A stretch of DNA of 64,000 nt from an uncultured Thermodesulfobacteriota bacterium (GTDB lineage Bacteria; Desulfobacterota; WTBG01; CAIYCZ01; CAIRTM01), in the NCBI GenBank assembly GCA_964518865.1, contig CAZFIB010000008.1, positions 8,443 through 72,442 of the forward strand, written 5' to 3'. The number at the start of each line of letters is the position of its first letter. Position 1 is the first letter of the stretch. The translations under genes were made by a program, and so were the position numbers. The notes under the pieces are model-generated. The model was not told where the DNA came from and did no database searches. It saw nothing but the letters and a program-made list of their open reading frames with translations. Shown here piece after piece: positions 39,235 through 49,632 of the stretch.

Positions 39235-39416
39235 CTCCCTGTCTCTTCGATGCTCTGTATAGCCGGCAGGATGCCTCAGTGACAGCGTATCGCACCGATC
39301 AGCTCAAAAAGAATGGATTCCCGCCTTCGCGGGAATGATCGTGCTTTTATCTTCAAGCTTTTTTGAAAAATTGTCCGAACTTTTCAATTCAGGAGTATTT
39401 TAAGAATAATAAATAC

Positions 39417-39466
39417 GGGTCTTGGGAAGTTAAGCTTTCTATGCTAAGCTTAACTTTCCAAGACCC
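39417..39466 (-). terminator. long hairpin (21-bp stem, 1 mismatch, 8-nt loop) followed by a U-rich tract on the minus strand; candidate terminator of the peptidase gene
   Basis: GGGTCTTGGGAAGTTAAGCTT-tctatgct-AAGCTTAACTTTCCAAGACCC. The minus-strand downstream sequence is GUAUUUAUUAUUCUU. Confidence 0.4.
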
Positions 39467-39501
39467 TTCACTATTTTAAGCACTACAAAACAGCACGCAC
39501 T

Positions 39502-41767
39502 TTACGATGAAAAGGCTGGCAAGTACATATCAATCAGCCTGATGCAGCTGTCGGTAATGGAAAGCACTGCCTTTCGTACGCCCGGATGCCGCTGAATGAA
39601 GCGAAGCATCTGTTCGCTTTCGCCTGCATATGCGGCGGCGATACGCCTTCCGGCTGCTGAGCGCACCAGCACCCGGTCTCTGAACCGCCTGAGCAGGGCG
39701 ATTTTTTCAGGGCTGTCCCGGTAAAGCTCCTGCAGAACACACGGGCCGCCGGTTGTGCCGGACCCCTGCAGCGTTGCTACCTTCGGCAGCGAGGTGTTCG
39801 CTTCGGCATCGATTGCATAGGCTGCAATATGATACGTGCCGTTGTCGGTGCACCCCGCGTAGCTTCCCGCATAGGTGCCGGTATCTTTCTTCTGCAATAC
39901 AACAGCCGGAACGTCGAGCACGGGATTGTCGAGTGAGGCTGCAGTGCCTGCGCCCCTGATAAGCGCCCAGACCATGACGACCGCGGCTGTTGCGGTTACC
40001 TCATCGGCCGTGATAATCACCTCTTCCCCTGCCCTCCTGACCGACAGGCTGCCGATCGCCGGGATATCGGCGCCGCTGACAATGCCGCTGCCGATGCTGA
40101 AAGACTGCGCAAGCGCGCCGTCTTCTTTTTCATTGCCGATGCCGTTGCCGCTGTCGTCCAGCAGCGGGTTCTGGTAGCCGGGCGACTGCATGGCGTTTTT
40201 TGCAAGCGTAAAGGAGTCATACACATTCATGCCGTTGAACACATTGCCCCAGAAGTATCGTGAAAACGATACGGTGCCCTCGGTGAGAAAGTAAGCCGGC
40301 TCGTCGGCATCCGAGCTTGCAATGAGGATGCGGTCCATGCCTGCAGGCGGTGCAAGGTCGGGCAGAAAGCTGCCGGAGCGGCAGGCGTCGTATATCACCA
40401 GCACCGTACCCGGCACCGACTCCTGAAGCTCGTCGATCCAGGCGCCGAGTTCCGAGGCAAACAGCACCTCTGTTTCCCCCATGCGAAAGGTACCGCTGCC
40501 GCCGTGATCGGTCAGGTAGACAATGACATTGTCGGCATCCTGCGCCCAGGTTGTGAGTGCGTACTCGAGATCGTCGTTCGATGCACCGGCGTCGCGGTCC
40601 ACAGTACCGTCGGGCTCGACATCCACAAGCTCATCGGCGGTCAGATAATATATGTCTTCGGCGGAGAAGCCCTGAACGGTCAGGGTCTTGTAGGCGTAAT
40701 TGGCAAGCGCCCCGGTCGCATCCCACAGAGCGTTCCCCTCGAACGGGCCGCCCCCGGCGACAATGACGGCTTTGCTGCCCGAGGCTGTTGCGGGGATCGT
40801 TGTTGTGGTCGACGGCTCAATGGAGGTTGTCGTTGTTGTTTCCGGCACGTCATCAGGCTGATAGTGCAGGATGGTGCCACTGTAGCCGACCGCCCACACT
40901 TCACCGGCAGGGTTTCCCGTGATGCCTCGAAGACCCAGGTCGCTCCTTTCCCGGGAGATCTCCCAGCCGGTGCCGTCAAAGTGCAGTATCTCACCTGCAC
41001 CGTCAATGGTGTAGATATTTTTGGAACTGCTTCCCCAGATGCCGGTATAGGTGGTCAAGATGGTGCCGGTGTCGATCTCGGTCCATGCTGACCCGTCGTA
41101 ATGATGAACGCCCGGGTATCCGACGGTGTAGACATCCTGCCGGCCGAAGCCATGCACGTCAAAAAAACCTCTCTCTGCCGTGTATATCTCTTTCCAGTCG
41201 CTGCCGTCGAAGTGAAGAACAAATCCGCCGAGATCCTCCTGATGTTTACCGACAGCGTATATATCATCAGACGCACTCCCCCAAAAATCACGTATGAGTA
41301 CGTTCTGGTCTTCATATACCGTACTCCATCGGCTGCCGTCGAAATGCACGATAACACCGACACCGCCGGCATAGACATCATCGACGCTGAATCCGTATAT
41401 GCCGAACAGATCTTCGGTCGTGGAACTCTCCTGAATCGACCAGCCGCCGCCGTCGTAGAGCATAATGAGCCCGCCCCGGCCGACCGTAAAAACATAGGTT
41501 CGCACCTCACCAGCATGCCCCCAGACAGCCTGGGGATCGGTTGTCGCCTCATGGGACATGTGCTGCCAGGTGCTGCCGTCATAGCTGAGAATGGCGCGAT
41601 CCGACCCTGCGTACCCGACCGCGTACACCTCGTCCGATGACGCTGCCCAGACATCGAGCAGAAGACTTGTGGTACCGCTGTTCATAGCTGTCCACTCGCC
41701 TGCAGAAGCTCCGCATACGTCAATGCCGATAAACAGAACAAAAAGCGGTAGTACGTTTTGAAAACAT
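39502..41767 (-). CDS. secreted caspase-like (clan CD, legumain/gingipain-like) peptidase with N-terminal beta-propeller-type repeats and the shared C-terminal LRRFRxRVL module
   Basis: Signal peptide MKCFQNVLPLFVLFIGIDVCGASA. About 7 repeats of W..G...DVYAVG..G.ILHYDGS.W. His/Cys dyad context VIVYLTDHGGSG ... VLVIYDACRSGSF. C-terminus ALLRRFRDRVLVRSAAGRR. Confidence 0.6.
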
Positions 41768-41851
41768 TTCATGATTTTTGCCCCCCGGCGAACTGTCGTG
41801 TGTATATTTTTCACTATACTATATACCATTGAGAAAACAAGACGTGATATT
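41765..41851. repeat. second copy of the about 88-bp leader/start element (see 38185-38272), here directly preceding the peptidase start codon
   Basis: Alignment by eye, about 80% identity including the first codons MK.F. Confidence 0.55.
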
Positions 41852-42006
41852 CGGGGGGTGGGTGCCGCGGCAGCCAGGGGTCGCATCCTCACCTCGTGCA
41901 GTAAACAAGATCGATACAATCCCTGCTGCAAAAGGGCGGATGCGCCGTTATCCGGAAATGACGGCGCTGTTCAGCTGACAGGCAAACACCGCGCCGTAGA
42001 AAGCTT

Positions 42007-43749
42007 TTACTCAATGAGCACGTAAAAAACCGGTGAGTATGCCGACTGTCCCGCGCAGTCGGTCACCGACACCCGCAGCTCGAACAATCCGTACCCCATG
42101 GCATTGAGCGGCACGTTGAAAAAAACATAAAAATAACCCGTGCCCGGAACATTCGTGATCCACTCTGATTCTCCTGCCGGGCGGTACTCCCATGTATGCG
42201 TGCAGGGCCCGCTGCACGTGGCGCGGTCATCGGAAAACGTCCAGATAAGACGCGCATTCTCCGGCAGAACCGTCGGGTTTTCAGGGTCGGCCGACAGCAG
42301 CGTGTAGGGCCCTACCAGGTAGGGGCCAGCGGATGTGATCTCGGGCGGCGCATCGATATACACATAGAAAACCGGTGAGTATGCTGTCTGTCCCGCGCAG
42401 TCGGTCGCCGACACCCGCAGCTCGAACAATCCGTACCCCATGATATCGAGCGGCACGTTGAAAAAAACATAAAAATAACCCGTGCCCGGAACATTCGTGA
42501 TCCACTCTGATTCTCCTGCCGGGCGGTACTCCCATGTATGCGTGCAGGGCCCGCTGCACGTGGCGCGGTCATCGGAAAACGTCCAGATAAGACGCGCATT
42601 CTCCGGCAGAACCGTCGGGTTTTCAGGGTCGGTCGACAGCAGCGTGTAGGGCCCTACCAGGTAGGGGCCCGAGGTGATCGACGGCGGTGCATCCACCGTA
42701 TCGCTGTCGCAGGCATCGCCGGCACCGTCGGCGTCTTCCTGCCCGGGGTTGTATGCGTCCGGACAGTTGTCCAGCGAATCGGCGATTCCGTCGGCATCGG
42801 AATCTTCATCAACCATGACATCGATGCTGAAAGCGTTCCATCCGAAAAACCCTTCGGACCTGGCCTGAACCTTTCCTGAAGAATCGACGGCACGTGCGCT
42901 CAGCTTATATGTTCCCGTAGCGGGCGGTGTCCACGTATACTGCCAGTGCTTCCACGCATTTGGCACAAATGAGCTCAGTATATCTGCCGGCGCCCAGGTC
43001 ATGCCGTCATCGGTGCTGACTTCGACCGACAGGACTTCCTTTGCTTCTCCTACCAGGGCCATGCCGTATAGCGTGTAGGGCTCAGCGGTGATGATAGCGG
43101 CATCAAGAGGATCGAATATCTGACAGTGCAAGGGTATCGGAGCAAGGCCGGGTTCGGTGGATGTTGATGAGAATTCTATCCTGTCAACCCATTGTATCCA
43201 GATTACCCCCAGGCTGCCCGGCAGCACAAGGCGCAGGGGGTATCCCTGCTCGGGCGGAAGCGTTTCGCCGTTCATGTCGTAGGCAAGAAGTATGTCGTCA
43301 TGCGATGCCAGTTCCTCCAGCGTAAAACGAGATTCATAGCCGTCGAGCGCGGTAAAAACGACGGACCGCGCATCCTCAGTCGGTGAAACAGCCTTAAAAA
43401 GATCGTTCAGAGCAACACCGGTCCATACGGCATTGCCGATCAGATCGCGAACGGTAAAAGCAAATGGATTGCCGTAACACTCAAGCGTCGCCATATGCGT
43501 CACCGCAGGATAGGCACGGATATCATCCATTGTGAAACAGGCAGAATTTTGAACCTGCCCGACAATGGATAAACACCAGTCAGGCGGAGCTGTTTGTACT
43601 CCGCTTCCGTTATTCTCGATAAAAAATTCATCTACCGGCGTTACGGGTGGCGGTTCAAGTGAAAAAGCTTGAGAGGGTGTAATTACAATAAAATAAAACA
43701 GTGCAATAATTAGTGTTTTTTTATATAATTCTGCAAATGCATAATACAT
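42007..43749 (-). CDS. secreted multidomain protein: sulfite-oxidase-family molybdopterin-binding domain, thrombospondin-type-3-like Asp-rich repeats, two identical 114-aa C-terminal repeats
   Basis: Signal peptide. Moco-domain-like region (ATLECYGN...GYPLRLVLPGSLGVIWIQWVDRIEF). DSDADGIADSLDNCPDAYNPGQEDADGAGDACD. Duplicated ITSGPYLVGPYTLL...FELRVS units. Confidence 0.6.
   Translation of the reverse strand: MYYAFAELYKKTLIIALFYFIVITPSQAFSLEPPPVTPVDEFFIENNGSGVQTAPPDWCLSIVGQVQNSACFTMDDIRAYPAVTHMATLECYGNPFAFTVRDLIGNAVWTGVALNDLFKAVSPTEDARSVVFTALDGYESRFTLEELASHDDILLAYDMNGETLPPEQGYPLRLVLPGSLGVIWIQWVDRIEFSSTSTEPGLAPIPLHCQIFDPLDAAIITAEPYTLYGMALVGEAKEVLSVEVSTDDGMTWAPADILSSFVPNAWKHWQYTWTPPATGTYKLSARAVDSSGKVQARSEGFFGWNAFSIDVMVDEDSDADGIADSLDNCPDAYNPGQEDADGAGDACDSDTVDAPPSITSGPYLVGPYTLLSTDPENPTVLPENARLIWTFSDDRATCSGPCTHTWEYRPAGESEWITNVPGTGYFYVFFNVPLDIMGYGLFELRVSATDCAGQTAYSPVFYVYIDAPPEITSAGPYLVGPYTLLSADPENPTVLPENARLIWTFSDDRATCSGPCTHTWEYRPAGESEWITNVPGTGYFYVFFNVPLNAMGYGLFELRVSVTDCAGQSAYSPVFYVLIE
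42020..42703. repeat. intragenic perfect tandem duplication, 2 x 342 bp
   Basis: 42020-42361 and 42362-42703 are identical apart from a few substitutions. Encodes two near-identical 114-aa modules. Confidence 0.85.
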
Positions 43750-43882
43750 GGATGACTCCCTTTAATGTAAATTATTATTTAGTATATATTATCTTTAGAT
43801 AACATTTATTATATGATCTGTAAAGATATCCGGGTTACGCTGCCGGGGTCCGGCGGAAAAATCATGAGGGGGATTTGACGGT

Positions 43883-44557
43883 ATGCTGCAGGCTCTGCTG
43901 CAGCCGGTATTTGTCACCGGTTGCATGGCCGCCGCTCTTGTTATCTCGTCCGGGCAGACTGATTGGCCTGCGGCATGGATCTACATCTGTCTTTCGCTGT
44001 GTGCTGCAGGCAGCGCCACGGTCATACTTGCCCTGAAAAACCCTCCTCTGCTGCGCGAGCGCTCAAATCCCGACCGCTGCGCAGCAAAAGCCTTGGACCG
44101 GCTGCTCGCCGGCATTATCGCTTTTTTCGGACCGCTTTCGATTCTCGTTACCGCGGGTCTTGACAGGCGCTTTGACTGGTCACCGCCCTTCGGCCGAGAA
44201 TGCCCCTATATCGCTCTGGCTGTCATGCTGACAGGGGCAGCGATAACCGTCTGGGCAATGACGGTCAACCGGTTTTTCTATGCGTTTGTAGAGATAAGGA
44301 AGGATGCAGGGCATACGGTGATAACGGAAGGGCCGTACCGGTACGTGCGTCACCCGGGATATTCCGGCATGATTCTCTTTACCCTTGCGACACCGCTGCT
44401 GCTGGGCTCGACCTGGGCACTGCTGCCTGCTTTTGCAACGGTTTCTGCGCTGCTGGTGCGGACCCGGTTCGAGGACAGGACCCTGCACCGCGAACTTGCG
44501 GGATACGGGGAATATGCCGCCAGGGTTCCCTGCAGGCTGTTCCCGGAACTCTACTGA
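43883..44557 (+). CDS. isoprenylcysteine carboxyl methyltransferase (ICMT)/phospholipid methyltransferase family membrane protein
   Basis: Multiple TM helices and the C-terminal ICMT signature VITEGPYRYVRHPGYSG...FEDRTLHRELAGYGEYAARVP. Confidence 0.65.
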   Translation: MLQALLQPVFVTGCMAAALVISSGQTDWPAAWIYICLSLCAAGSATVILALKNPPLLRERSNPDRCAAKALDRLLAGIIAFFGPLSILVTAGLDRRFDWSPPFGRECPYIALAVMLTGAAITVWAMTVNRFFYAFVEIRKDAGHTVITEGPYRYVRHPGYSGMILFTLATPLLLGSTWALLPAFATVSALLVRTRFEDRTLHRELAGYGEYAARVPCRLFPELY

Positions 44558-44575
44558 CAGCCTGCAGGTATATTT

Positions 44576-46129
44576 CTAGTGATAAATTCCCTCCACCGAC
44601 TTTTTCTTGGCGTGCTCGAGACGGTTGAGCGCATTGACATAGGCAAGCACGCTCGCCATGATGATGTCCATGTGGGCGCCCTGCCCGACAACCACGATGC
44701 CGTTCTCTTCAAGACGCACGATAACTTCGCCCTGGGCGTCGGTACCGCCGGTGATTGAGTTGACGATATATTTCAGAAGTTTGCTTTTTGTTTTCGTGAG
44801 CTTTGCAATCGCTTTGAACGCCGCATCGACCGGGCCGTCTCCTGAGCAGATTTCCTTGACCTTCTCGCCGTTGACTTCCATTTCTACGGTGGCCGCCGGT
44901 ATGGCGATAGAGCCGCTCATAACCGCCATATTCAGAAACCGGTAGACATCCGGTGCGCGCAGCACCTCCTCGGCGATCAGCGCTTCGATATCCTCGTCGA
45001 ACACCTCTTTTTTCTTGTCGGCGAGGTCCTTGAAACGCTTCAGGGTCTTCTGCAGTTCTTCATCGCTCAGGTTGAAGCCCAGCTCTTCGACGCGCGCGCG
45101 AAAGGCATGGCTTCCCGAGTGCTTGCCCAGCACGAGGCTGCTTTTGGTCATGCCTACGGATTCGGGTGTCATAATTTCATAGGTGATTTTTTCCTTCAGC
45201 AGGCCGTCCTGGTGAATACCCGACTCGTGCGCAAAGGCGTTTGCCCCGACAATGGCTTTGTTGGGCTGCACCGCAACGCCGGTGATGGAGGTAATCAGGC
45301 GGCTTGACGGGTAAATCTTTTCAGAGCTGATGCGGGTGTCGGGCCCGTAGAGGTCCCGGCGCGTCCTGAGGATCATCACGATTTCTTCCAGCGAGGCGTT
45401 GCCGGCACGCTCCCCGATGCCGTTCAGGGTGCACTCGACCTGCCGGGCGCCGTTTTCTACCGCTGCAAGGGAGTTGGCCACCGCAAGACCAAGGTCGTTG
45501 TGGCAGTGAACGCTGATGACGGCCTGATCGATATTGGGCACATGCTCAACAATATACCGGATCAGGTCGCCGAACTCCCGGGGCACCGTGTAACCGACCG
45601 TGTCGGGTACGTTGATCGTGGTTGCGCCGGCATCGATAACCTCGGCAAAAACCCTGCACAGGTACTCGCGGTTGCTGCGGGTGGCGTCCATAGCGGAAAA
45701 TTCGACATTGGGCGTATAGCTCCTGGCGCGCCTGACAGATTCGACCGCTATTTTCAGAACCTCGTCTTCGGTTTTTTTCAGCTGATAGGTAAGGTGAATC
45801 TCGGAGGTCGAAATGAATGTGTGTATGCGCGGGTGGCGTGCCTCTTTTATCGCCTCCCAGGCCCGGTCGATGTCCTTGCCGTTTGCGCGGCAAAGACCCG
45901 CGACTTCACTGTCCGTAACGGTAGCGGCGATCCGCCTGACCGCCTCGAAGTCGCCGTCGGAGGCGATCGGAAAGCCGGCTTCGATAATATCCACGCCCAG
46001 TATCTCGAGCTGACGTGCTACACGCAGCTTCTCCTGAATATTCATGGTGTTGCCGGGAGACTGCTCACCGTCCCGTAGCGTGGTATCGAATATTCTGACG
46101 AATTCAGTTGCCTGGTCTGTTGCTTTCAT
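44576..46129 (-). CDS. leuA: 2-isopropylmalate synthase
   Basis: [47 protein letters not shown] (LeuA-type DGEQSPG, not the CimA-type DGTQ). C-terminal LeuA dimerisation/regulatory domain. Adjacent to ilvBN. The ORF opens at 46162; Met 46129 is chosen. Confidence 0.85.
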   Translation of the reverse strand: MKATDQATEFVRIFDTTLRDGEQSPGNTMNIQEKLRVARQLEILGVDIIEAGFPIASDGDFEAVRRIAATVTDSEVAGLCRANGKDIDRAWEAIKEARHPRIHTFISTSEIHLTYQLKKTEDEVLKIAVESVRRARSYTPNVEFSAMDATRSNREYLCRVFAEVIDAGATTINVPDTVGYTVPREFGDLIRYIVEHVPNIDQAVISVHCHNDLGLAVANSLAAVENGARQVECTLNGIGERAGNASLEEIVMILRTRRDLYGPDTRISSEKIYPSSRLITSITGVAVQPNKAIVGANAFAHESGIHQDGLLKEKITYEIMTPESVGMTKSSLVLGKHSGSHAFRARVEELGFNLSDEELQKTLKRFKDLADKKKEVFDEDIEALIAEEVLRAPDVYRFLNMAVMSGSIAIPAATVEMEVNGEKVKEICSGDGPVDAAFKAIAKLTKTKSKLLKYIVNSITGGTDAQGEVIVRLEENGIVVVGQGAHMDIIMASVLAYVNALNRLEHAKKKSVEGIYH

Positions 46130-46928
46130 TGCTCTCCTCGATGTGTGTTGCCGACGAAACAACTCGTTTTTTCTTTCTCAACAGGTAAAGCACATAACTC
46201 ACCGGCCCGGAGAATACATACAGTGCCGCCATAAAGCACAGAATGATCTGGGGCTCGGAAGCTACGATACAGATAAGCAGAATAACGATCATAACCGCAT
46301 TAAACGGCTTTCTGCCGAGATAGTCAAGATTCTTGAAGCTTTCATAGCGAAGCGTGCTTACCATTAAAAATGCCATGGCATACAGAATGAACAGCATAAA
46401 CGCGCTCACTACGTAAACGTTCTCTATGCCGAGGTGCAGGCACAGCAGCACAGTCGTTGCAACCATGCCTGCGGCCGCCGGAATGGGCAGACCGAGAAAA
46501 TACCTGCTCGATGCGGATCCCGCCTGAACATTGAATCGCGCAAGCCGCATGGCGCCGCAGGCCACAAACAGAAAGGCCGCCAGCCACCCCCAGCGCCCGT
46601 ACTGGTTGAGCACCCAGCCGTAGGCCAGCACCCCGGGAGCCACACCGAAGGCCGTAAGATCGGCCAGCGAATCATATTCAACGCCGAACCGTGAGGTCGA
46701 GTGCGTAAGACGTGCGATTCTGCCGTCGAGTCCGTCAAAAACCGCGGATATGATAACAGCCCAGGCAGCCCTGCTGAATTCACCCTGCATTGTGGCAATG
46801 ATAGAGTAAAACCCGCAGAACAGACTGAGTGATGTCAGGAAGTTGGGAAGTATGTACACCCCTTTTCTGAGCGCATCTATCCGCTCCTGTTTCCTGCGGT
46901 AAAAACGTTTGTTTCCGGTGCGTGCCAT
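46104..46928 (-). CDS. pssA: CDP-diacylglycerol--serine O-phosphatidyltransferase (CDP-alcohol phosphatidyltransferase family)
   Basis: LPNFLTSLSLFCGFYSI...AVFDGLDGRIARLTHSTSRFGVEYDSLADL is the CDP-OH transferase motif D-G-x2-A-R-x8-G-x3-D-x3-D. Confidence 0.8.
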   Translation of the reverse strand: MARTGNKRFYRRKQERIDALRKGVYILPNFLTSLSLFCGFYSIIATMQGEFSRAAWAVIISAVFDGLDGRIARLTHSTSRFGVEYDSLADLTAFGVAPGVLAYGWVLNQYGRWGWLAAFLFVACGAMRLARFNVQAGSASSRYFLGLPIPAAAGMVATTVLLCLHLGIENVYVVSAFMLFILYAMAFLMVSTLRYESFKNLDYLGRKPFNAVMIVILLICIVASEPQIILCFMAALYVFSGPVSYVLYLLRKKKRVVSSATHIEESNESNRPGN

Positions 46929-46934
46929 ATGACC

Positions 46935-47429
46935 CTACCTGTTCTTGGCGGCGCGTGCCAGCGCAGCCTTGCCCGTGCGGACTATTTCCCTGATCCCAAG
47001 GGGACGAAACAGTTCTATAATCGCGTTTATCTTGTCCTCATCGCCGGTGACCTCAACCGTGTAATGCGACCTGCCGACATCGATTACCTTGCAGCGGAAT
47101 ATATCGATAATGCTCAGGATTTCCGAGCGCCTGCTTTCGTCCACATTCACCCTGACCAGTGCCAGCTCCCGTTCGATGTAGTCTGCCGCAGATCCGCTCT
47201 GATAGTCGGTCACCTTGATACTATCCACCAGCTTGTTGAGCTGTTTATTGATCTGTTCCAGAATGCGGTCATCGCCGCGTGTCACGATCGTCATCTGCGA
47301 CATTGTCGGATCGAGGGTCTCGTTGACCGAAAGCGATTCTATATTAAATCCCCTGCCGCTGAACAGCCCCGCTATACGGGCCAGCACGCCCGGCTTGTTG
47401 TCGACCAGAACTGATATCGTATGACGCAT
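46935..47429 (-). CDS. ilvN: acetolactate synthase small (regulatory) subunit
   Basis: MRHTISVLVDNKPGVLARIAGLFSGRGFNIESLSV is the ACT-domain IlvN/IlvH pattern. Immediately downstream of ilvB. Confidence 0.8.
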   Translation of the reverse strand: MRHTISVLVDNKPGVLARIAGLFSGRGFNIESLSVNETLDPTMSQMTIVTRGDDRILEQINKQLNKLVDSIKVTDYQSGSAADYIERELALVRVNVDESRRSEILSIIDIFRCKVIDVGRSHYTVEVTGDEDKINAIIELFRPLGIREIVRTGKAALARAAKNR

Positions 47430-47455
47430 GCAGACGGTCCTCCCGTTGTGAAACC

Positions 47456-49135
47456 CTACAGCAGCATCATGTTGCTGATGGGTGCGCCCGCCGGAACCAT
47501 GGGGTATACACACTCGTTGCCATCGACGATAAATTCCATTATGACCGGACGATCGACCGCCAGGGCCTCCCGGATGACCGGCTCCACCTCGTCCGGACGG
47601 GAGGCCCGCAGACCGACCGCACCGTATGCCTCGGCAAGCTTGACGAAATCAGGGTGCATTTCGAATATCGATTGCGAGTACCGCTTGTCATAAAAAAGAT
47701 GCTGCCACTGCCTGACCATGCCCAGGCAGTGATTGTTGAGAATGGCAACTTTGACGGGCAGATTGTACTGCACGGCCGTGGCCAGTTCCTGGATGTTCAT
47801 CTGTATGCTGCCGTCGCCGGCGATATCGATGACCGTCTGCCCCGGAGCGCCGACCTGGGCTCCGATAGCCGCCGGAAAGCCGTAGCCCATTGTTCCGAGG
47901 CCGCCCGAAGACAGCCACCTTCGCGGCTTGTCGAACAGAAAATACTGCGCGGCCCACATCTGGTTCTGGCCGACCTCGGTTGAAATAATACAGTCGCCGC
48001 CGGTGATGTCGTAAATTTTTTCGATAACGTACTGGGGCTTGATGGTCTCGTCCATGGCGTAGGCCAGGGTATGCTGTTCACGCCAGTCATCGATTTCAGA
48101 AATCCACCGGGCCCGTTCTTTTTTTGTTTTGCGTCGCGTGCCGAGCACATCCAGCATATCCTTCAGTATCGCCCGCACATCCCCCACAATGGGGGTATCG
48201 ACCTTGATATTCTTGCTGATGGATGTCGGGTCGATATCTATGTGTATTATCTTTGCCGAGGCTGCAAACGATTTCACGTCGCCGGTGACCCGGTCGTCAA
48301 AACGCGCACCGACGGCGATCAGCATATCGCAGTTTGATACGGCCATATTGGCGCGATAGGTGCCGTGCATGCCGATCATGCCCAGCCACAGCGGGTCGGT
48401 GCCGGGGAATGCGCCCAACCCCATAAGGGTCATGGTTACGGGTATGCGGAGCCTGCGGACGAAGGTTTGCAGCTCTTTGGCGGCGTTTGACAGAACAACA
48501 CCGCCGCCCGCATAAACAACGGGTTTTTCGGCCTGCATGATTTCATCGAGTGCGCGTGAAATCTGACGCCGGTTGCCCGTTATCGTCGGTTTGTAGCCGC
48601 GCACGTCGACCGTTGCGGGATACGAAAAATCCATCTCCTGCTTGAAAACATCCTTGGGCACATCAACCAGAACCGGTCCCGGCCTGCCGGTGCGGGCGAC
48701 ATAAAACGCTTCCTTGACGATCCGGGGCAGCTCTTTGATGTTCTTCACGAGATAGTTATGCTTTGTACACGGCCGCGTGATACCGACGATGTCGGCCTCC
48801 TGAAACGCATCGTTCCCGATAAGCGCAGTGGGAACCTGCCCGGTAAAAACAACAATGGGGATCGAATCCATATACGCCGTTGCAAGTCCGGTGACGGTGT
48901 TGGTAGCGCCGGGACCCGATGTGACCAGGCATACGCCGACCTCGCCGGTTACGCGCGCATAGCCGTCCGCTGCATGCACCGCACCCTGCTCGTGGCGCAC
49001 AAGAATATGATTGATGCGCCCCTCGTACAGGGCTTCATACACATCGAGAACCGACCCGCCGGGATAGCCGAAAATCGTCTTTACCTTCTCCCGGTGCAGG
49101 CATTCAAGAAGAATATGCGCTCCCGTGGCCTTCAC
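47456..49135 (-). CDS. ilvB: acetolactate synthase large subunit (biosynthetic, ThDP-dependent)
   Basis: 559 aa. N-terminus [32 protein letters not shown]. ThDP-binding motif [19 protein letters not shown]...N. Confidence 0.9.
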   Translation of the reverse strand: MKATGAHILLECLHREKVKTIFGYPGGSVLDVYEALYEGRINHILVRHEQGAVHAADGYARVTGEVGVCLVTSGPGATNTVTGLATAYMDSIPIVVFTGQVPTALIGNDAFQEADIVGITRPCTKHNYLVKNIKELPRIVKEAFYVARTGRPGPVLVDVPKDVFKQEMDFSYPATVDVRGYKPTITGNRRQISRALDEIMQAEKPVVYAGGGVVLSNAAKELQTFVRRLRIPVTMTLMGLGAFPGTDPLWLGMIGMHGTYRANMAVSNCDMLIAVGARFDDRVTGDVKSFAASAKIIHIDIDPTSISKNIKVDTPIVGDVRAILKDMLDVLGTRRKTKKERARWISEIDDWREQHTLAYAMDETIKPQYVIEKIYDITGGDCIISTEVGQNQMWAAQYFLFDKPRRWLSSGGLGTMGYGFPAAIGAQVGAPGQTVIDIAGDGSIQMNIQELATAVQYNLPVKVAILNNHCLGMVRQWQHLFYDKRYSQSIFEMHPDFVKLAEAYGAVGLRASRPDEVEPVIREALAVDRPVIMEFIVDGNECVYPMVPAGAPISNMMLL

Positions 49136-49165
49136 AATAATCTCCGCACATACTGTCGTCTGTGA

Positions 49166-49399
49166 TTACGAGCTTTCCTGCTTCCTGTAGTTTGCAAGAA
49201 TCCGTTCGATTTCGTCGCGACCCTGCAGTTTCAGCTTCTTTATCTTTTTTTCTTCAAGCTCTTCTTCCGGTGACAGGTGCACCCTCTCACTGAACCGATT
49301 GAGGATTTCCTCATAGCGCTTGTGCTCTTCCACGTAGGCTCTCAGCTCATCATCGTCGTCGATATGTTTATCGATGAGCTCCAGATCACTTTTTTCCAT
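49166..49399 (-). CDS. DUF465 (YdcH-like) small coiled-coil protein
   Basis: 77 aa. DELRAYVEEHKRYEEILNRFSERVHLSPEEELEEKKIKKLKLQGRDEIERIL matches DUF465. Confidence 0.5.
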   Translation of the reverse strand: MEKSDLELIDKHIDDDDELRAYVEEHKRYEEILNRFSERVHLSPEEELEEKKIKKLKLQGRDEIERILANYRKQESS

Positions 49400-49632
49400 A
49401 GCCTCCCACCTGCTTAAAACGATTTGTTGGTATAATTTTTCAGCATATGTTCTATATTATAACCTACACAGATAAAAAGTGATACCCTATTTACCGTGTG
49501 CATACCGCCCTTTTTTGATCCCCGGCCTGCCGTCCCCCCGATGACAGCGAAATCTACAGCAGCCAACATGCACAGCACCTCCATAACATGGCATTGGGGA
49601 TGCCAGCTCATGAGCATGCCGTTGATGAGCAT

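Noticed and set aside
49400-49632. ilv leader peptide/attenuator upstream of the DUF465-ilvB-ilvN-pssA-leuA transcription unit
   Set aside because: No Val/Leu/Ile-rich small ORF and no obvious alternative hairpins. The 72-aa ORF there has no relevant composition.
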